A DNA stretch of 60,987 bases, filler included. It is 3 parts of 3 records of this genome, joined end to end, with 100 filler letters (N's around TTAATTAATTAA, not from the genome) between each part and the next. Parts side by side here need not be neighbours in the genome. Positions count along the whole stretch, not along the records: positions 1 to 20,743 come from SRR31156797_8624; positions 20,844 to 47,986 come from SRR31156797_8632; 1 more part is not named here. The stretch is one strand, 5' to 3'. Below the pieces are notes generated by a model. The model saw only the letters and a list, made by a program, of their open reading frames with translations, did not search any database and was not told the DNA's origin. A program made the position numbers and the translations under genes. Position 1 is the stretch's first letter. Each line of letters starts with the position of its first letter. Positions 19,133-29,612 of the stretch are shown here, piece after piece.

Positions 19133-20542
19133 ATGAAAAAAATGCTAATCGCTTTGTTGATCGCGGTTTTGGCAGTTTCTGCATTTGGTAGCCCTTATGC
19201 TTGGGATAGTGCTCCCATCTGCGGAAATAAGTCAGGTACTGATGATACAACTTACGTAAACGTTGACAACTATGCATTGCCTTATGGTGTTGCTGTTGCT
19301 GGTAACGGTCGTGTATGGAGTTCTTCATACTACTCAACAACTCGTTACAGAAAAGCCATCATGGTCTATGATCCTGAATTCGGTATTATTGATACTGTAG
19401 GTCCTGAGATCGTTGGCTCTGATGGTGTTGCTGACACACTAGGTTATTGCCGTTTCTTGGAAACCACAGGTGACGGAAACGTTGCTTACGGTGACTGGAC
19501 AAACGATTATATCCGTGTTTTTGACCAAGATGATTACTCGGTTGTAGCTCAGAGCCCGGGTCCTAATGATCCTGTATACCCGAATGTTGGTGGTGGTATT
19601 GCTGCATTTGTATATGATGGCGACCAGTACTATCTATCACAACAGATCGTTGGAAGTACCGTTGTTCTTTGGGATGCCGATTTCAACGTTGTTGATACTT
19701 TGACAGGCGGCCCTGGTGGTCGTAACCTCGCTGCAACAGCAGACGGTGGTATCATTATTAGTCCCACCCTTGGTGGCGAATACTTCATCGAATGGACAGG
19801 AAACCCGGATGACGGTTATGTTTCTGATACAGTATGGCTAGCTGACCTCAGTGTAGAGATCGGTGGCGTAATGTACGTATCTTCAGGTCCTAACGACTAC
19901 TTCTGGATCATGAGCCGCGACGAAGCCAATGATGGTATCCTCGTATGTGATCCTACAGATGATTATGCAGTGAAACTGTCAACAGTTACTGACAGTACAG
20001 CTACTTCAGTTGCTGCTTTTGATCTTGGTTTGGCAGTTGACAATATGTATGATATCTGGCTTGCAAATTCAATTATTGATTCTTCAGACCGTTATACACC
20101 ATTGGGTTACAGCCAACCTTGGATCCTTCGTGCACCTTGCCAGGTTGATTACATCTGGTCAGGCGATGCCGCAGATCCCGAATACCTGTATATGGCTGAC
20201 TTCTACGGTTATACCTTGAAACTCTTCACACGTACAACCGAAACATCTGTATGGGAAAACACCGGATTTATCGGCGAAAACGGTTTCAAACTGAACATCG
20301 CTTATCCGAACCCATTCAACCCTTCAGTTACAATTCCTTATGAATTGTCAGCTAACGGTCATGTTGCCATCGACGTTTATGACGTAGCTGGTAAGAATGT
20401 TGCTTCACTCGTAAATGAAAACAAAATGGCTGGAAGCTATGACATTCATTTCGATGCAAGCGATCTTTCATCAGGTAACTATCTTGTTAAGATGACATTC
20501 AACAACAGGACAGTTTCTCAGAAGATCTCTCTGGTTAAATAA
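19133..20542 (+). CDS. T9SS type A sorting-domain protein, probable beta-propeller
   Basis: Signal peptide; NHL-like PYGVAVAGNGRVW and LYMADF; canonical CTD YPNPFNP..I.Y..V.I.VYDVAG..V.SLVN..G.Y...FDASDLSSG.Y...KISLVK. Confidence 0.85.
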   Translation: MKKMLIALLIAVLAVSAFGSPYAWDSAPICGNKSGTDDTTYVNVDNYALPYGVAVAGNGRVWSSSYYSTTRYRKAIMVYDPEFGIIDTVGPEIVGSDGVADTLGYCRFLETTGDGNVAYGDWTNDYIRVFDQDDYSVVAQSPGPNDPVYPNVGGGIAAFVYDGDQYYLSQQIVGSTVVLWDADFNVVDTLTGGPGGRNLAATADGGIIISPTLGGEYFIEWTGNPDDGYVSDTVWLADLSVEIGGVMYVSSGPNDYFWIMSRDEANDGILVCDPTDDYAVKLSTVTDSTATSVAAFDLGLAVDNMYDIWLANSIIDSSDRYTPLGYSQPWILRAPCQVDYIWSGDAADPEYLYMADFYGYTLKLFTRTTETSVWENTGFIGENGFKLNIAYPNPFNPSVTIPYELSANGHVAIDVYDVAGKNVASLVNENKMAGSYDIHFDASDLSSGNYLVKMTFNNRTVSQKISLVK

Positions 20543-20557
20543 ACCGGATAGAAATAC

Positions 20558-20596
20558 AAATAAAAAAAGCCTGTCTTTGACAGGCTTTTTTTATTT
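20558..20596 (+). terminator. Bidirectional intrinsic terminator
   Basis: AAATAAAAAAAGCCTGTC-TTT-GACAGGCTTTTTTTATTT is a perfect inverted repeat. Confidence 0.9.
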
Positions 20597-20713
20597 CAAG
20601 AAACAAAATCCAAACTCCAATAATCAAGACTTTGAATAAAGAATATCGAACATTAGATCATTCGAACAATCGAAGAAACTATAAAATATGAACGATAAAC
20701 TATAAATATTGCG

Positions 20714-20740
20714 CTGAGCACTGAGCACTGAGCACTGAGA
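20714..20740. repeat. Heptamer tandem repeat (CTGAGCA) x3 plus a partial copy
   Basis: CTGAGCA CTGAGCA CTGAGCA CTGAGA, read directly at the contig end. Confidence 0.85.
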
Positions 20741-20743
20741 ATT

Positions 20744-20843
20744 NNNNNNNNNNNNNNNNNNNNNNNNNNNNNNNNNNNNNNNNNNNNTTAATTAATTAAN
20801 NNNNNNNNNNNNNNNNNNNNNNNNNNNNNNNNNNNNNNNNNNN
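20744..20843. other. Artificial contig spacer
   Basis: 44 N + TTAATTAATTAA (stops in all six frames) + 44 N = 100 nt. Confidence 0.98.
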
Positions 20844-21943
20844 ACATGAGCCATGAAATCAGGACACCCATGAGCGGCATTATGGGATTTGCTGAACTTC
20901 TTAAAGAACCTGACCTTACCGGAAACGAGCAAAAACAATATCTCGATGTGATCCTGAAAAGTGGTGAACGCATGCTGAACACCGTGAACGATATTATTGA
21001 TATTTCAAAGATTGAAGCAGGCCAGGTTGAGCTCAAAATTTCCGATGCGAATATCCGCGAACAGGTTGAGTTCCTCCAAAGCTTCTTTAAACCCGAAATG
21101 GCCAAAAAAGGCCTTGAATTTGTTTGCAGCACCCCCAATGACAGAAGCCATGACGTGATTTCCACAGACCACGACAAGCTATATGCTATCCTGACCAACC
21201 TGCTAAAAAATGCAATTAAATACACGGATTCAGGGTCCATAGAATTTGGTTATAGAATCCAGGACAATAAAGTACGGTTCGAGGTAAAGGACACCGGCAT
21301 TGGCGTGCCTGACGATCGAAAGCAAGCCATCTTTGACCGTTTTGTGCAGGCCGATATTGAGGATACCAAAGCTTTAGAAGGATCAGGACTGGGCCTGGCA
21401 ATTTCCAGTGCATTTACTGAAATGATGGGTGGGAAAATCTGGGTTGAAACAAATGAACCTAATGGATCTACTTTTATACTTGAACTCCCTTTTAAAATAG
21501 AAAATTTTGACTCCTCAACTGATCAGGCTCTTCCGGCCAAAGCCAATGAGGAATCATCAAAATCTCACAAAGACCGGGTGATCCTTATTGCAGAGGATGA
21601 AGAAATTTCAGACATGTATATGACTGAAATCCTGAAAAACGAATGCAAGGAAATTTTACATGTGATCTCTGGCAGGGAAGCCGTGGAAATGGTCAGGTCT
21701 AATCCTGAAATCTCGATCGTGTTAATGGATATCAAGATGCCTGAAATGAGCGGCTACGATGCCACCCGGGAAATTCGAAAATTCAACAGGGAGGTGATCA
21801 TCATTGCCCAAACAGCCTATGCCCTGGCCGGAGACCGTGAAAAAGCCATAGAAGCCGGTTGCAACGAATACCTCGCCAAACCGGTGGCCAAAGCAACACT
21901 CATGGACACAATAAAAAACAGCTCGACCGGAATTCGTTCATAA
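20844..21943 (+). CDS. Hybrid histidine kinase, 5'-truncated (HisKA-HATPase-REC)
   Basis: Begins at the H-box MSHEIRTP at the contig edge; N, G1, F and G2 boxes; receiver LMDIKMP..KP. Confidence 0.92.
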
Positions 21944-21959
21944 CAGAAAAATAAGTGGT

Positions 21960-24900
21960 ATGAAAATCAGAAAATTATTTCGAAGGCCTGGCAAAATATC
22001 CTACAGCCTCATCCTGCTACCCGTAATGCTGGCAGTATTTTATTTTGGACTTCAGATATCTTACGATGAAATCAGAAAGCAAACCATGTCTGAATATAAT
22101 CAACAGCTCAGTGCAATCGCTAAAACTGCCGCCGAAGGCATTACATTCACTATTGAGGAAATGGAATCAGACCTGGAGCTATTGGCCGGCATACAGGGTA
22201 TCATAGCATTGGATGACCTTGGAAAGCAACTATTGTCCAATTATTTGGATAAAAACGATGGACTATTAACAGCCATCACACGTATTGACACCAATGGTGT
22301 GATTACGTTTACCTATCCAGCCAGCGAACAGGCCACAGGCAGAAATATTTCAGGTCAGGACCATGTAAAAGAGGTTTTAGCCACAAAAAAAAGCGTGGTG
22401 AGTGATGTTTTTGTTGCACAACAGGGATACCAGGCTATTGCGATACATGTACCGGTTTATGACGGAAAAACCTTCGCAGGTAGCGTCGCTGTATTAATTC
22501 CCATCGATTACCTGGGTAGGCGGTATTTCAGGGGCATTGACCTGGGAGGAGGCGAATATGTCTGGCTACTGAGTGAAAATGGCATAGAACTCTTTTGCCC
22601 GAATCCGGGCCATACAGGACAAAATTTTCTGAAAAATAACAACAGCACTCCACTCAACCAGCAATTACTGAAAACAATCAGGCTGTCAAACTCCGGCCTG
22701 ACCCAATACTCGCATACCCGGAAAAACAGTACCGGAGAGGTACAGACCAGTTTAAAAAATGCCGCATTTTACAGGATTCCTATATTGAATACCTACTGGA
22801 TCATACTGATTTCCTATGAACAGGCGCAGGTTTATGCAGAACTCAGCTGGTTAAGGGCCCGTTTCATTGGGCTTTTTGTGGTGATTTTCATCGTACTTGG
22901 TTACTATTTTTATTCGGTAACCAAAATGAAAGCCCTGATCAGCGAACAGCGGAAAAGGATAAACATCGAAGAAAAACTACTTGATACAGAGGCCAGGTTT
23001 ACCCATGTTTTTGAAAGTGCGAGTGATGGCATCCTGGTACTTGATAACAAAACAAATGTCCTGTATGTAAATCCGGCATTTACGAAAGCCACCGGCATTG
23101 ACAAGGAAGAGCTTTTGGGCAGAAATGGGTTAACCCTTGCCAGAAAATTTGCCGACAAGGAGACGTTACCGGCCCTGATTAAACTCATACAGAACCTGAT
23201 TGCAGGAAAAAAAACATCCATTTTAGAAATCAAACATAATGACAGGTTTTTGGAGATTTCTACTTCCATACACAAAAGTCACAATTTTATAGTGGGTGTA
23301 TTCAGGGATGTTACTGCAACCAAAAAATTTATTTCGGAACTGAAAGAAAACGAAGAAAAATACCAGGTACTTTCCGAATCTACCTACGAAGCCATATTTT
23401 TATCAGACAAGGGTATTTGTATCAGCCAGAATAAGACTGCCGAAAATTTGTTTGGCTACACCTTTGAAGAAGCAGTAGGTAAACCCGGTACCAATTGGAT
23501 TTTGCCGGATGACAGGGCTTTGGTGAAGAAAAAAATGATGGAAGACGCCTCTGACCCATACGAAGTTACTGCACTTCGAAAAGATGGCTCCACATTTCCC
23601 TGCGAAATCCAGGCAAAAGCAATACTTCACAAGGGCAAACGAGTTCGTATTACGGCTCTGCGCGATATAACGGCAAGAAAAGCAGCCCAGCGGGCACTCA
23701 TCGAAAGTGAAAAAAAATACCGGAACCTGATTGAAACCACAAGTGAAGGTTTCTGGCAGTTAAACAATGAAAACAAAACAGTGGACGTAAACGAAGCAGC
23801 CTGCAAATTATTAGGGTATGGCCGTGATGAAATAATCGGGAAATCCCCACTGATCTTTTTTGATGAGGAAAACCAAAAAATACTGTCGCGGGAATTGTCG
23901 AAAATCCCGGACACCCTGCATCGAAACTATGAGATTTCAGTAACCAGGAAAGACGGCACCCAGGTTGAAGTACTTTTAAACGCCACTACCATCAAAGGCA
24001 GCAATGGCATCCCTCAGGGTTCGTTTGCACTGATTAAAGACATAAGCAATATCAAACAAAAAGAACGAGCGTTGAGGGAGAGCCAGAACACCATGCTAAA
24101 AGTGGCCGAAAACATGCCCAACTCCTACCTCTCGATTATTGAAAAAGATATGACCATTGGTTTTACCGCTGGCGAAGAATTTACAAAAACCGGGCTGGAT
24201 CCCGACCGGTTCATCGGAATAAAACTCGATCAGGTATTTGGCGACAAAACCGCATTTGTTAAATCGAAATATCTGAAAACCTTTGCCGGTGAACCACAGG
24301 AATTTGAAATGTTTTTTAACAACCAACACCAACTTTATAAAGTCGTTCCACTGTTTTCTGACGATGGTTCGATATTGCGGATTCTCGCAGTGGTTGAAAA
24401 CATCACCGATCGAAAAATTGCCGAGAAAAATCTTATTCATGCCAAAGAAAAAATAGAAGAGAGCGAGCAAAAATACCGGGCCCTATACGAAAATGCCCCA
24501 CTAGCCTATCAGTCACTCAACATTGATGGAAAACTTTTGGATATAAATCCAAAATGGACCAGTTTGCTTGGCTACGAAAGAAATGAAGTTATCGGCCATT
24601 GGTTTGGCGAATTTTTACACAAAGATTACGTGGATAATTTCAGAAAAAAATTCCCGATATTTAAAAAACAGGGATATATTAGTGATGTCCGTTTTAAAAT
24701 GGTCAGGAAAGATCTCAGGGAAATATTCGTATCTTTCGAAGGATGCATCGGTTATACTGCCACCGGAGATTTTAAACAAACCTATTGTACTTTTAAGGAT
24801 ATTACAACAGAAGTGAAGGCAAAAAACGAATTGGTTTTTGCTAAAGAAAGAGCCGAAGAATCCGATCGGTTAAAATCCGCCTTCCTTGCCAATATGAGCC

Positions 24901-25994
24901 ACGAAATCCGCACACCGATGAACGGGATTCTCGGCTTTGCTGAATTGCTCAAGGAGCCGGATATTTCACACGCTGATAAGGACTCCTATATCAGCATCAT
25001 CGAGAAAAGTGGTCAACGGATGTTGAATATCATCAATGACCTGATTGACATTTCGAAGATTGAATCGGGACAAATGGAAGTTATCATTTCCGAAACAGAC
25101 TTCCACAAACAAGCGGCTTATTTATGCACCTTTTTTAAGCCAGAGATGCAACAAAAAGGAATCAATTTTATCTGCAAAAATCCGGATTTTAAAACCGAAG
25201 AAATAATTCGAACTGATCGCGAAAAATTATATGCCATTCTAACAAACCTGCTCAAGAATGCTATAAAATACACCCAAAAGGGTGCGATTGAATTCGGATA
25301 TACATTTAAAGAAAATGATCATGGTCAAAAGGTTTTAAATGCATGGGTAAAAGATACAGGGATTGGTATTCCGGCCAACCGGCTTGATGCTGTTTTTGAA
25401 AGGTTTGTACAGGCCGACCTGGAAGATAAAAACGCAATGGAAGGTGCTGGTTTGGGACTGGCCATCTCAAAAGCTTATGCTGAAATGCTGGGCGGAACCA
25501 TAACGGTAGAATCACATGAAGGTAAAGGCTCAACTTTTCACCTCACCATCCCTGATCAGCAAACCGAAAGATCAACTCCACAGGAGGACATCACGAAGGA
25601 ATCCGATAAACTGTTAGGTACAAAAAAGTACAACAAGGTATTGGTAGTTGAAGACGATGCAGACAGCAGGCTTCACCTATCCATAATCCTCAAGCGGCTT
25701 TTCAATGAAATAATTTTTGAAGTCAATGGCAATAATGCTGTTGACCGGGTGAAACATGAGACAGGACTGAACCTGATACTTATGGACATTAAATTACCCG
25801 GATTAAATGGTTTTGAGGCAACCATGAAAATCAGGAACTTTAATAAAAACATCCCCATTATTGCCCAAACAGCCTATGCCCTCTCCGGCGACCGCGAAAA
25901 AGCCCTTGAAGCTGGTTGCAATGATTATATTGCAAAACCAATCAACAAAGGAGCGTTACTGGAAAAAATAAATATGCATTTACAGAAAATTTGA
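21960..25994 (+). CDS. Membrane hybrid histidine kinase (TM-Cache-TM-multiple PAS-HisKA-HATPase-REC)
   Basis: Two TM segments flank a dCache-like region (YP..GRNIS..VVSDVF); about five PAS repeats; [21 protein letters not shown]; receiver domain. Confidence 0.92.
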   Translation: MKIRKLFRRPGKISYSLILLPVMLAVFYFGLQISYDEIRKQTMSEYNQQLSAIAKTAAEGITFTIEEMESDLELLAGIQGIIALDDLGKQLLSNYLDKNDGLLTAITRIDTNGVITFTYPASEQATGRNISGQDHVKEVLATKKSVVSDVFVAQQGYQAIAIHVPVYDGKTFAGSVAVLIPIDYLGRRYFRGIDLGGGEYVWLLSENGIELFCPNPGHTGQNFLKNNNSTPLNQQLLKTIRLSNSGLTQYSHTRKNSTGEVQTSLKNAAFYRIPILNTYWIILISYEQAQVYAELSWLRARFIGLFVVIFIVLGYYFYSVTKMKALISEQRKRINIEEKLLDTEARFTHVFESASDGILVLDNKTNVLYVNPAFTKATGIDKEELLGRNGLTLARKFADKETLPALIKLIQNLIAGKKTSILEIKHNDRFLEISTSIHKSHNFIVGVFRDVTATKKFISELKENEEKYQVLSESTYEAIFLSDKGICISQNKTAENLFGYTFEEAVGKPGTNWILPDDRALVKKKMMEDASDPYEVTALRKDGSTFPCEIQAKAILHKGKRVRITALRDITARKAAQRALIESEKKYRNLIETTSEGFWQLNNENKTVDVNEAACKLLGYGRDEIIGKSPLIFFDEENQKILSRELSKIPDTLHRNYEISVTRKDGTQVEVLLNATTIKGSNGIPQGSFALIKDISNIKQKERALRESQNTMLKVAENMPNSYLSIIEKDMTIGFTAGEEFTKTGLDPDRFIGIKLDQVFGDKTAFVKSKYLKTFAGEPQEFEMFFNNQHQLYKVVPLFSDDGSILRILAVVENITDRKIAEKNLIHAKEKIEESEQKYRALYENAPLAYQSLNIDGKLLDINPKWTSLLGYERNEVIGHWFGEFLHKDYVDNFRKKFPIFKKQGYISDVRFKMVRKDLREIFVSFEGCIGYTATGDFKQTYCTFKDITTEVKAKNELVFAKERAEESDRLKSAFLANMSHEIRTPMNGILGFAELLKEPDISHADKDSYISIIEKSGQRMLNIINDLIDISKIESGQMEVIISETDFHKQAAYLCTFFKPEMQQKGINFICKNPDFKTEEIIRTDREKLYAILTNLLKNAIKYTQKGAIEFGYTFKENDHGQKVLNAWVKDTGIGIPANRLDAVFERFVQADLEDKNAMEGAGLGLAISKAYAEMLGGTITVESHEGKGSTFHLTIPDQQTERSTPQEDITKESDKLLGTKKYNKVLVVEDDADSRLHLSIILKRLFNEIIFEVNGNNAVDRVKHETGLNLILMDIKLPGLNGFEATMKIRNFNKNIPIIAQTAYALSGDREKALEAGCNDYIAKPINKGALLEKINMHLQKI

Positions 25995-26028
25995 CCCGGC
26001 TGTTTTAGCCAATTTAAACATAGCCAAA

Positions 26029-29000
26029 ATGAAAACCGAAAAGCAATATCTCGAAAAAATAAAAAGTCTTGAAAGTAAGCTTGAGGCAATGGAAAGGCTG
26101 CACGAAGAATTGATGCAATCGGAGGAGGAATTGCAGGTGAGTAATCAGCAACTCATCGAAAATGAACATAAACTTATCGAACAGGAAGCACTTCTCAACA
26201 AGGTTGGTAAGATTGCGAAAATTGGCGGATGGGAAATGGACATGCTTAACGAAGGAAAGGCAATATGGACCAAAGCAACCTACGACATTGTTGAGATAGA
26301 TTATGGTGATCCCGTTCCGGGCTTTGATGAACACATTTCATGGTATTTGCCCGAATACCAGAACATGGTAAAACAAACCATGAACGAATTTGCTGAAAAA
26401 CACAATCCCATACAATTCGAAGCCCCATTTAAAACCAAAACCGGAAAAATAAAATGGGGGCGTACCATTGGTGAAGCAGACATTGTGGATGGCAAATGCA
26501 TCAAACTAAGAGGAACTTTCCAGGATATTACTGAACAGAAAAAAGCAGAAGAGGAACTCAAACAAAGTGAGAAAAAGTTCAAAAATTATATTGAAAATGC
26601 TCCCGATGGTGTTTTCGTTGTGAATGAAAAAGCACAATATATTGAAGTAAATACTGCAGCTTGTAAAATTACCGGCTATACTGCGGAGGAATTACTATCA
26701 AAAAAAGCAACTGATCTATTACCTCAGAGTGACCAGGGCAAAGGGCTGGCGCATTTCAGAGAAGTACAGGAGAAAGGAATTGCAACGGTTGAACTTGGTC
26801 TTGTTAAAAAAGGTGGTGAAATCAGAACCTGGGAAATAAATGCTGTTAAACTTTCGGAAACGAGATATTTGGGATTTGCAAAAGACATCACTAACATTAA
26901 ACTTGCTCAAACAGACCTAAAGCAAAGCGAAGAAAAATTCAGGACGCTGGTTGAACAGGCTGCTGACGGACTCCTGTTTCACGATACAAAAGGCAATATT
27001 CAGGATGTAAATCAGGCCGCAACAACACAGTATGGATACTCCCGCGAGGAATTACTCCAAATGAATGTCCGTGATATTGCCCCTGATTATAACATCCGTG
27101 ATAACAAAGGCGAATTTTACAGGAAAATGAAATTTAACTCAGCCGTACGTTTCGAGACCAGGCAGCGAAGAAATAACGGGGAGATATTTCCTGTTGAGGT
27201 AGCACTAACCAAGATATCACTAAATAACAAGACCTACATCATGGGCCTATGCCGTGACATTAGTTTACAAAAGAAAAAAGAGACACAGTTAAGAGAACAG
27301 GCACAGCTACTAAATAAGATAGGTGAAATTGGCAACGTTGGCGGATGGGAACTGGATGTAGACACGCTTAAAACCATTTGGACTGATGAAGTTTATAAAA
27401 TCCATGAATTAACCAGGGACAATGAATTATTTGTTGAGGATACTATAAAATTTTATACTCCTGAGGACCAGCCCATAATTAGCAAGGCCATTGAAGAATG
27501 CATGAAAAACAGCAAACCTTTTACGCTTGAGTTGGCCTTCGTTACGGCTACCGGAAAAAGGTTATGGGTGAAAACAACCGGTGAAGCGGAAATTAAAAAT
27601 GATAAAGTAACAAAAGTCTATGGCACTTTCCAGGATATTACCGAAAGAAGGCTGGCGGACGAAAAACTTAAACACAGTGAAAAGAAATATAAAGGACTGT
27701 ATCAATCCATTAATGAAGGGGTTTGCCTTCATGAGCTGATATATAATGATAAAGGCCAACCTGTTGATTACAAAATTCTGGATGTAAATCCAAAATATGA
27801 ACACATATTAGGGCTTAAAAAAGAAAAAGTGATTAACAGTATAGCATCAGAACTCTATCCGGATGATCACCCACCCTACTTAGAAGAATATGCCCAGGTA
27901 GCTGTTACCGGGCAGCCCATTAATTTTGAGACATTCCATGATGGGTTCAATAAATTTTTTCAAATTTCTGTGTTTTCACCCAAAAAACATCAATTTGCCA
28001 CAATTTTTCAGGATATCACCAAACGTAAAAATGCAGAAATCAAACTCAGAGAAAGCGAATCCAAATTCCGCACAATTTTCGACCAATCACCTATTGGTAT
28101 TGAGCTCTACGGGAGCGACGGCCAGCAAATTGATGCCAACAAAGCATCACTTGATATGTTTGGCATACCTGACATTTCAGAAATAAAGCATTTTAACCTG
28201 TTCGACGGCACCAGCCTGGATGATGAAAAGAAAGCAAAACTGCGTGATGGCCAAATGGTAAGCTACCAGGCGGTTTTCGATTTTAAACGTGTGAAAAGTT
28301 TGGGCCAGTACAAAACAAATAAATCTTGCAAGGCTGATTTTGATTATGTGGTCAGCCCGCTTACCTCAAACAAAAACCTCATAGGGTACCTGGTGATGGT
28401 TCAGGATGTTTCAGATCAAAAGCGTATTGAATCTGAGTTGATTCAAGCCAAGGAAAAAGCTGAAGAATCTGATCGCCTTAAGTCAGCCTTCCTTGCCAAT
28501 ATGAGCCATGAGATACGAACACCCATGAACGGGATTCTTGGCTTTGCCGAATTATTAAAGGAGCAGAATCTGTCTGAAAGCAACAAACTCAGGTTTATAG
28601 GCATCATCGAAAAAAGTGGTGAAAGGATGTTGAATATCATTAACGATCTGATAGATATCTCAAAAATTGAAGCCGGGCAAATGGAGGTAGCCATTTCAGA
28701 AACCAACATCAGAGAGCAGATCGAATACCTGGGCACATTTTTCAGGCCGGAAGCCGAAAGAAAAGGGCTTAAATTAGTCAGCCAAATTCCATCAAAAGAT
28801 CAAAAAACAATTATTAAAACCGATCGCGAAAAAGTATATGCCGTGGTTACCAACCTGCTCAAAAATGCCATTAAATATACACCTGAGGGTAGTATTGAAT
28901 TTGGTTTTGAACCTGTGGTGATGCCGGATAAAAAACCGGGGGTGAAAATATTTGTAAGAGATACCGGCATTGGAATTCCTGCAAACAGACAAAAAGCCAT

Positions 29001-29604
29001 TTTTGAGCGATTCATTCAGGCGGATATTGAAGACAAAAGTGCGATGGAGGGTGCCGGGCTCGGACTGGCCATATCAAGTGCTTATGCCGAAATGCTCGGA
29101 GGAAATATATCGGTTGAATCAGAAGAAGGTGTTGGCTCCACATTTTCGCTCACCATTCCTGACCTCGACTCCAAAGTAACTGTTGATCCGGATGAAAATA
29201 ACATAACTCCAAAAAAGAGCAAGGAGGATATAAATAAGTTAAAGGTTCTGATTGTTGAGGACGATGAATTCAGTCTTTTACATTTAAAGACATTAATGCG
29301 TAATATGGCCCATGAAATCCTGACCGAAACTTCAGGTAGAAAGGCTGTAGAAACCTGCAAATCAAATCCGGATATAGATTTAATCCTGATGGATATTAAA
29401 CTTCCTGGTATGGATGGATATTCTGCCACCCGTGAGATTCGATTGTTCAACACCGGTGCATTCATTATTGCACAAACTGCTTATGCACTCACCGGCGACC
29501 GCGAAAAAGCGCTTGAGGCAGGATGCAACGAATATTTAGCAAAACCCATTAAAAAGAAAGACCTGATGAACATAATTTCCGGATATTTAGCAAGCAATCA
29601 ATAA
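26029..29604 (+). CDS. Cytoplasmic multi-PAS hybrid histidine kinase
   Basis: N-terminal coiled coil, about six PAS/PAC units (IGGWE.., DITE.K), H-box, HATPase, receiver; no TM segment seen. Confidence 0.92.
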   Translation: MKTEKQYLEKIKSLESKLEAMERLHEELMQSEEELQVSNQQLIENEHKLIEQEALLNKVGKIAKIGGWEMDMLNEGKAIWTKATYDIVEIDYGDPVPGFDEHISWYLPEYQNMVKQTMNEFAEKHNPIQFEAPFKTKTGKIKWGRTIGEADIVDGKCIKLRGTFQDITEQKKAEEELKQSEKKFKNYIENAPDGVFVVNEKAQYIEVNTAACKITGYTAEELLSKKATDLLPQSDQGKGLAHFREVQEKGIATVELGLVKKGGEIRTWEINAVKLSETRYLGFAKDITNIKLAQTDLKQSEEKFRTLVEQAADGLLFHDTKGNIQDVNQAATTQYGYSREELLQMNVRDIAPDYNIRDNKGEFYRKMKFNSAVRFETRQRRNNGEIFPVEVALTKISLNNKTYIMGLCRDISLQKKKETQLREQAQLLNKIGEIGNVGGWELDVDTLKTIWTDEVYKIHELTRDNELFVEDTIKFYTPEDQPIISKAIEECMKNSKPFTLELAFVTATGKRLWVKTTGEAEIKNDKVTKVYGTFQDITERRLADEKLKHSEKKYKGLYQSINEGVCLHELIYNDKGQPVDYKILDVNPKYEHILGLKKEKVINSIASELYPDDHPPYLEEYAQVAVTGQPINFETFHDGFNKFFQISVFSPKKHQFATIFQDITKRKNAEIKLRESESKFRTIFDQSPIGIELYGSDGQQIDANKASLDMFGIPDISEIKHFNLFDGTSLDDEKKAKLRDGQMVSYQAVFDFKRVKSLGQYKTNKSCKADFDYVVSPLTSNKNLIGYLVMVQDVSDQKRIESELIQAKEKAEESDRLKSAFLANMSHEIRTPMNGILGFAELLKEQNLSESNKLRFIGIIEKSGERMLNIINDLIDISKIEAGQMEVAISETNIREQIEYLGTFFRPEAERKGLKLVSQIPSKDQKTIIKTDREKVYAVVTNLLKNAIKYTPEGSIEFGFEPVVMPDKKPGVKIFVRDTGIGIPANRQKAIFERFIQADIEDKSAMEGAGLGLAISSAYAEMLGGNISVESEEGVGSTFSLTIPDLDSKVTVDPDENNITPKKSKEDINKLKVLIVEDDEFSLLHLKTLMRNMAHEILTETSGRKAVETCKSNPDIDLILMDIKLPGMDGYSATREIRLFNTGAFIIAQTAYALTGDREKALEAGCNEYLAKPIKKKDLMNIISGYLASNQ

Positions 29605-29612
29605 CATGTGAA

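Noticed and set aside
20788-20799. TTAATTAATTAA palindrome (also 48031-48042) as a biological site
   Set aside because: It is centred in exact 44-N flanks both times; it is a six-frame stop linker.
20788-21240. Minus-strand 150-aa ORF running into the N spacer
   Set aside because: It is antisense to the kinase H-box region and ends in the linker.
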